The notes beneath the pieces are model-generated. The model was not told the origin of the DNA. It saw only the letters and a program-made list of their open reading frames with translations, and did not search any database. A program made the position numbers and the translations under genes. DNA of 64,000 nt from the human T2T-CHM13v2.0 reference genome, Homo sapiens. The DNA is taken from NCBI RefSeq assembly GCF_009914755.1, contig NC_060928.1; one strand, written 5' to 3'. Below, one piece after another: positions 57,670 through 64,000 of this stretch (the stretch's first letter is position 1; each line of letters begins with the position of its first letter).

Positions 57670-59182
57670 CTTGACAGAAGTTTTGAAAGAACAAACACTG
57701 GTGCCTACCAAGTAACAGTCTTGTAAAGCATTGCATAGATAATAGTTCGTCAGTGTAACACGTACTAAATAAACACAGTACACACACTATTTAACCTTCT
57801 CAAAAAATGAAAGGTTCTCCCATTCCCAAAATGCAGGTTATTTGTTTTCTCTCTAATACGCAAGACAAATAATCTGCTTTAGTTATTTAGTTACATATAG
57901 AAATGAATTAAATCATACAGATTATATAATAGCCATAACAACATAGATCTTGCTTTATAAGTATAACCCGTAAGAAACACTAACACAAAGAAAGTCTACA
58001 AACATAATCAGTTATAAGTTGGCAAATATCCAACTAAAAAACTTACAGTAAAAGAGAGCAGAAGGTCTTGGAGAGTCCAGTTTTGAGATGCACTCTCTCC
58101 ATAGCTGTCATGTAGGCACCAAATCCTTTCATTGGTACTTAAAAAGTAGGCTCATCTGTGTGGGGCCACTGGCACACAATAGTAGTTATGTTCTACCTCA
58201 CAAGTGACTACACTTCATTGAGTTTATGCTCAGTGGGTCAGTGTTTGCAAACCACTTAGATTCCAGGACAGAAAGAGCTACAAAAATGAAACATCCAGTC
58301 CTTCTCTGAGGTTTGTTATTAGCCTCTGTTAGCCACAGGTTACAGGGCACTAAACACTATGTACTGTGTGTTTGCTCCTAACCACTATGAAAAATCCCCT
58401 ATAACATCTTTCTAAAGACTCCTAGAAATTTTTAAGTTAATTTAAAATCTGGGAATTTAACTGGGACATATTTCAATTCTTAGAACTAGTTCTTGTCAAA
58501 ATACCTCACTAATTCTTTTTGGGGTGTCAATTCAATTTAGTTTTCATCAACACTTTCAACAGGCTATTGCTAACATTTAATGTTGCTGGGGGCAAAGGGA
58601 CTGAAGAGGGTAAAATAATCAGTTTTATTTGGATCCAAGTTAACTCCCAGCCTACATATAAGCTTCTACGCAGATGTTAAGAAATGCTTTAAAGAAACAG
58701 ATTGACTAGTTTAATGACCCAGACATGTATAATTCTTTCTATACACAATACAGAAGTTAGAGAACCTAAAACAAAACCCTAAATAACACATTAAACTGAT
58801 ATCCTGAAAAAGCTTGTCTCAACATCTCTGAAGATTTCTGTCCTGTAGTATATCAAAATCCAAAGTATTCATGAGATAGGTAATATAAAGCATCTATAAC
58901 TCCAGAAGCAATACAGATCTACTTTGAAGAATAATTATATGATTATATAAAGATATTGAGCTTATTAAAATGCTATTAGGATGTTTTTGAAAGCACTGGT
59001 TTTGAAAAGTAACATTTTCTCCAATTTATAGTAGTAAATAATGAGTCACAGCTTCTCTAGCCTGGATATAGAATTTAAAAATAGTTTAACAAAATAGACC
59101 ACTGGTCAATGTACTTTATGTACTTAACATAGCATTTATTTGGAATCTCTGGAAAGCAGAAAAAAGTTATTATATTATCATC

Positions 59183-59345
59183 CTTTTTTTTTCTTCTTTA
59201 TAAACTGAGTCTCACTCTTTCGCCCAGGCTGGAGTAAAGTGGCATGATCATAGCTCACTCCAGCCCCAAACTCCTGGACTCACGTGATCCTCCCATATCA
59301 GTCTCTCAAGTAGCCGGGACTACAGGTGCCTGCCACCATGACCTA
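59183..59345 (-). mobile_element. Alu right-arm monomer/partial AluJ
   Basis: cgcccaggctggagtaaagtggcatgatcatagctcact...gggactacagg. Confidence 0.8.
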
Positions 59346-59819
59346 TCATCTATTTTTGACAATTCATTTCATCATCTCAGAATTCCCAGTTTTGTCAGAC
59401 AATTTCATAGAAAGATCCATGAATTTCTCAGAAATACTGTACTAAATTATTGTTTAATAAAAACACAGTACATCCTTATAAGAGTCATAGCAATCATTAA
59501 GTGTAAACGATAAAATGCACCACCAAAAGAGAAAGAAGTCGATATGTACCTTCAAGACAGAAACTTTATACAAGTTCTAAGAACTATAACATTCACTTTC
59601 TCCCAAGAAAAAAAGTACCTTAAAAAATAATGAAGACATTTTACTAAACTTACGGACTTTCAAAAAAGATGGAAATTCTTGAAATTTCTACAAATGTTCT
59701 CATTAATGTCTGCTTACTGTAGGCAGCTTTGTAATAACATAAAATATATACTGTCAAAAACTGACTTAAGGAAATGGTCACAAAATATTGTGAGTGTACT
59801 AAATGACACCGATTATATA

Positions 59820-59992
59820 CTTTATTTTTTATTTATTTTGTTTTTTAGAGATGGAGTGTCACTTGCCATCTGGACTGAAGTGCAGTAGTGTGATCATAGC
59901 TCACTGCAACCTCAAAATCCTGGGCTCAAGTGATCCTCCCACCTGTGCCTCTCAGTTAGCTGAGATTACAGGCATGAGCCACTGCGCCTAGC
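59820..59992 (-). mobile_element. Alu monomer (FRAM/FAM-like)
   Basis: gtgcagtagtgtgatcatagctcactgcaacctc...attacaggcatgagccactgcgcctagc. Confidence 0.8.
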
Positions 59993-60512
59993 TGATTATA
60001 CACTTCAGAATGGTTAACTTTATAATACACAAATTTCACATCAATATTAATTTTTATATAATAGTAATAAATTTTAAATAATTTAAATAAATTAGATAAT
60101 AAATTTTTAAATGACTTGAAGATAGAATTAACAGAATTCAACACATGGGCATAATACTCCCCTAATTTTTAAGTGAAGAAAAATGTATTAATTGAATTAT
60201 ATATTATTATTTACCCTGAAATGCATAAAGTCCTCCTGTTCTCCACTAACTCTGGTTACACCTATAAATCATAAAAGACTATTCTATTTGACACCAAGAG
60301 TCAAATTTCATTAGAAGTTAGATCTAATCTTCATTTTCTTAAAATCATATATGTAGCCTTGAAGACAGATTTTATGGAACAAAGAGAAGAGTGTTATTTT
60401 CCCATGTTATCAACCACATGAATGAAACAAGAACTGTGGCTTCCCACAAATCTCTGTCCAGCAAGTTGTCTCTAGCTTAGTATCCACTTTAATCAGTTTA
60501 AAACAGAAAATG

Positions 60513-60538
60513 AATAAATAAATAAATAAATAAATAAA
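60513..60538 (+). repeat. (AAAT)n microsatellite
   Basis: aataaataaataaataaataaataaa. Confidence 0.9.
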
Positions 60539-62003
60539 ACAAAAAAGCCATACACAAAATTCTGAGATGTACTTTTTAAGAGAAAAATGAACATGCATAA
60601 AATATCAAGTCACTTAACCACAGAAGAAAATGCTATAAATGTGAACAGAAAAATTTTGCAGGAGACAAAGAACAATGTATAAAAGATAAGAGCTTTAAGA
60701 GCCAAATCTCTGCATCAGCAATGCAAAAAATCAAAACTCTGGGGCCTTTATAAGTGATTCAGAACCATATTAGCCTCTATAGCCATACTGTCCTTCTCCG
60801 AATATTTTACAAAATAAATCAGAATCTATTTTTCATCCAAAATCAAGGCAACGGTATTTGACATGAACCAAACTTTGTACAGCAGAGTGCTTAATATACT
60901 ATATCTCCATCCTATAGAATCATTTATTATGAGCAACATGTTTCCACATAACCAAGTTGTATTTGTCTCACTTAAAATACCAAACTCCAATAAAGAACTA
61001 GAAATTTTTACTATTACCCCTAAGTCTCCAGATGATGTAGAAGATACACACTAATTAAAAGTAGAGAAAAAAAGCAAAAATAAAGAAATAGCACATCAAG
61101 TATTACATACAGAGCTCAGTAAGCACAACCTACTTAATATTCGGCTATATACCATATTCTCTACTTCATCAGATGATTACTTTCAATGGTATTACTGCAT
61201 TTCTAAAGTCTGTCATTTAATCAAAAGCAATCTGCCAAATATTAAAAAGACAATTCTTCACTGAACATGCTCAGAGAGAAATGATTAACTTTTAAAGTAT
61301 ATTACTACCCTGCATATTTTCTATTTGTATAATAACTTTATTTAAAATCTTATAAATTATATCAGTATAAGCTCATGGAGAATATAAGCTCATGTTGCGA
61401 AATTTATGTAATTATTCAGGTCATTTTTCATTTTCATTTTTCTTGCTCTACATGGATTTTCTTCTGAAAATACAGCATTATAGTAAATTATTGTATGTGT
61501 TTCACATATACACTGTCATATTTAGTTATCTGATAGAAAATACAGACATGTCTATTAAATCTGAAAAGCTATCAATATTCATTGCACAAAAACATAGACA
61601 TATAGATATACTTTCAGTCCTTGTAACTTAAAATGAAGTTAAATTTTCATCCCTGTGTTTTTCATTCAGTTTATTTGAAAGCAGTCACTATAACAAAACC
61701 AGCTAATACATATCAAAATATCATTTATCACTGCATTTATTGAACTGCTAACAATAACACCTAGTAATGTAAATAACATACGAAAGCTGTTCAGAGTTTT
61801 CCTGTTCCCTCACCCAAATCACTCCAAACATAATTAGGAGAGCATGAAACCAAAGAACTAGCACAAATATAAAATTATTCTCTCTACGTATCAGATAAAA
61901 AGTTAGAAAGAATGTGTGTGTGTGTGCATTTGGGAGTAGATTTGCATGTGTGCTTGTAAGTGGTATACTTTCAATACTGGAATAATCAGAATTCATATCA
62001 TAC

Positions 62004-62092
62004 CTGTGCTCCATAGATATATTTATCCAACATTTTGCCTCCTATTGTCTGCCCTCCTATATCCCAAATTTGAAGGGTAACATTCAAGTTTC
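62004..62092 (-). CDS. RAB28: RAB28 internal coding exon (exon 3 by recalled numbering), Rab GTPase G3/switch II region
   Basis: Minus strand reads ...tttttatattctag|GA AAC TTG AAT GTT ACC CTT CAA ATT TGG GAT ATA GGA GGG CAG ... GGA GCA CAG|gtatga = (G)[29 protein letters not shown]. Long polypyrimidine tract, AG acceptor and GT donor; 89 nt, ends in phase 0. Confidence 0.96.
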
Positions 62093-64000
62093 CTAGAATA
62101 TAAAAAATGAATATAAAAATAAGAATACCAAAAAAATTAAGTAACAATACAACAAGTGACACAGTATCACAGAATACTAAGTCACAATAAGAAACTCTGA
62201 GCCCAATTTGCCTTTATGTGCAGGCTCACATGATATTTGGAATTGCGAAAACAACGTCAAAAGAAATTATAGTGGGGAATCTAGTTTTATCTTTTTACTC
62301 CATTTCCATGGAACCATATTTACAATCACCTTCAAAACAAAAGAAAATAAAGTAAGCTTTAATTTGTAAACTTAAGCCTTAGAAAAATGTTTTTCTTAGA
62401 GAACAGAATGAAGCACATGTCCATGGAGCAAGAAATATACTTTAAAAATAAAAACTGAAGCTTTATATACTCAACCATCCAATCATACATATGAATTCTG
62501 TCGTAGGTTCTAAACTCTATGGCTTCTAAAACTCATGGAATAATAGCAAACTACAAAAATGCACCCATAATTTCAGCTCAAATTAATGAATCTTTTTATA
62601 ATGTGATTGTCAGCTACTATCGGATATGGCAAACATAGTCAAAAAATTACGTTTTCAAATTTAACCCACAAAATAGAAACGCATTTGATAGCCCTATTCA
62701 GAACAAACGTAGGATACATACCATGTATATCACTAAATATTACAATGCTTTCAAACCTGTTCAAAGTATTTCCATTTAAACAAACTATGTATACTTCCAA
62801 GCCTTCACAAAATACTGTAACTAATCATCTTCCCCATACAAGCATTGTAAAAGCATTCTAAAAGGCAATCTTTAAAAATCCTTTTGTGCATTTTATAAAA
62901 TATTTGGTTGATACAAAAATTTATGAGATAAGCTATTCTCCCTTCTCAATGCAACTGATGAGTAAGCTTACAAAAGCCAAACTATGCTTTTTAGTTGAAC
63001 ATTTTAAACTATTCCCCTCATATAATTATGCAGTTTTCTCCAGTTTCAATTAGCACTTTTTGAATGATTTGCAAATCAAAAGAAAATAAAAGATTAGAAA
63101 CTGAAAAATGATCTCATTTCAAAAAAAGATTATAAAGATATAAATTTATAAGCCAACATAAAATACTAAAATCAGAGAAAGTTAGTCATACCATTTAACT
63201 ATGCAACTGAAAAGAAAAAGACATTTGATTAACCAGCACAGTTTTCTAAATTTTGGTGGGTTTGTATTACAATCTTTCCATTATTTAAACATAGGTTGTT
63301 CCATCTGCCACTGCGCAGAGGATTTCCATGAGGAACTTCCATTAGCATTAATGAGCGCTAATGTTTTATCACCATCATTACCACAGACACACACTTTCAA
63401 CACTTAGACTAATGACTAAAATGTTCTTAAAGCCCTATGAATATGAAAACCAAAATGTCACAGACTAAGATTTGTCCAAAAACTTGTACAAATCGAATTT
63501 CTCAAAAATCTAAATTTTTTGAGATTCAAGGCTGAATTCTTCTATAATGCTGTCTCAAATGAAGCAGATGAGAAAGGGCTAGCCATCACTAAGAAGTATA
63601 TAAACTAGTTTCAGAAACCCCTAAGCAGGCAGTAGTCTATTCATTTTACTTGCACAACTCTTTAGGGTTATTTGATTACTTCAAAAGACAGTGCTTAACA
63701 ATACTAACTTTTACAGAGTAAGATTTTAGGCAATACTTAGTAAGTGCTAAAAGGTGTTTAATCCCATTTTTCTCAGAGCCAATGGTCCTTATTGCTTAAC
63801 CTCACATCAAGAAATATAAAGCTTTTTTAAGTTCTGATATTCAGATCCTATCTGAATTAGGTGTTGTGAACACTTTGACTGTAATTTTAGGAACATGATC
63901 TTCATTACATGTTTTCAAATTCTGACTACAATCATATCAAGACCCTAAATCATCTATCTATCCAACTGTCTCCCATCTAAGAGGTTCATAGTCATGTGTT

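Larger units (their letters stand above)
48510..62003 (-). other. RAB28: RAB28 intron between the two exons (13,494 nt, GT-AG)
   Basis: Bounded by GT at 62003-62002 and AG at 48511-48510; the spliced frame is continuous (...YGAQ|GVLLV...). Confidence 0.92.

Noticed and set aside
61365-61394. Direct repeat tataagctcatg x2
   Set aside because: Small local duplication; too short and unaccompanied to support an insertion or regulatory call.

Overview
This is primate (hominoid-like) genomic DNA, not microbial. The window lies inside RAB28, which is transcribed on the - strand. Two internal coding exons are present: 62004-62092 (89 nt, G3 motif WDIGGQ) and 48380-48509 (130 nt, ending in the NK of the G4 motif). 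Both have canonical splice sites and compatible phases. The rest is intronic and mostly transposon-derived: a full-length but disabled L1PA6-like LINE, several older nested L1s, solo LTRs (LTR12C, LTR2, MLT2A2, MLT1), Alus, MIR/L2/L3 and MER58/MER63/Tigger3 DNA transposons. Apart from the one overlapping exon 4, the ORFs in the track are L1 fragments or spurious. I found no evidence of a new multi-gene system. The most notable signals readable from the sequence are: (1) a ~1.77 kb inversion (~25.77-27.53 kb), revealed by an L1 target-site duplication split across opposite strands; (2) a 3'-truncated, tail-less L1 that still has a TSD, as expected from internal priming; (3) two candidate alternative/poison exons just downstream of RAB28 exon 4; (4) TE-derived promoters and poly(A) signals that could act on RAB28. 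Repeat subfamily names and RAB28 exon numbers come from memory and need RepeatMasker/annotation confirmation.
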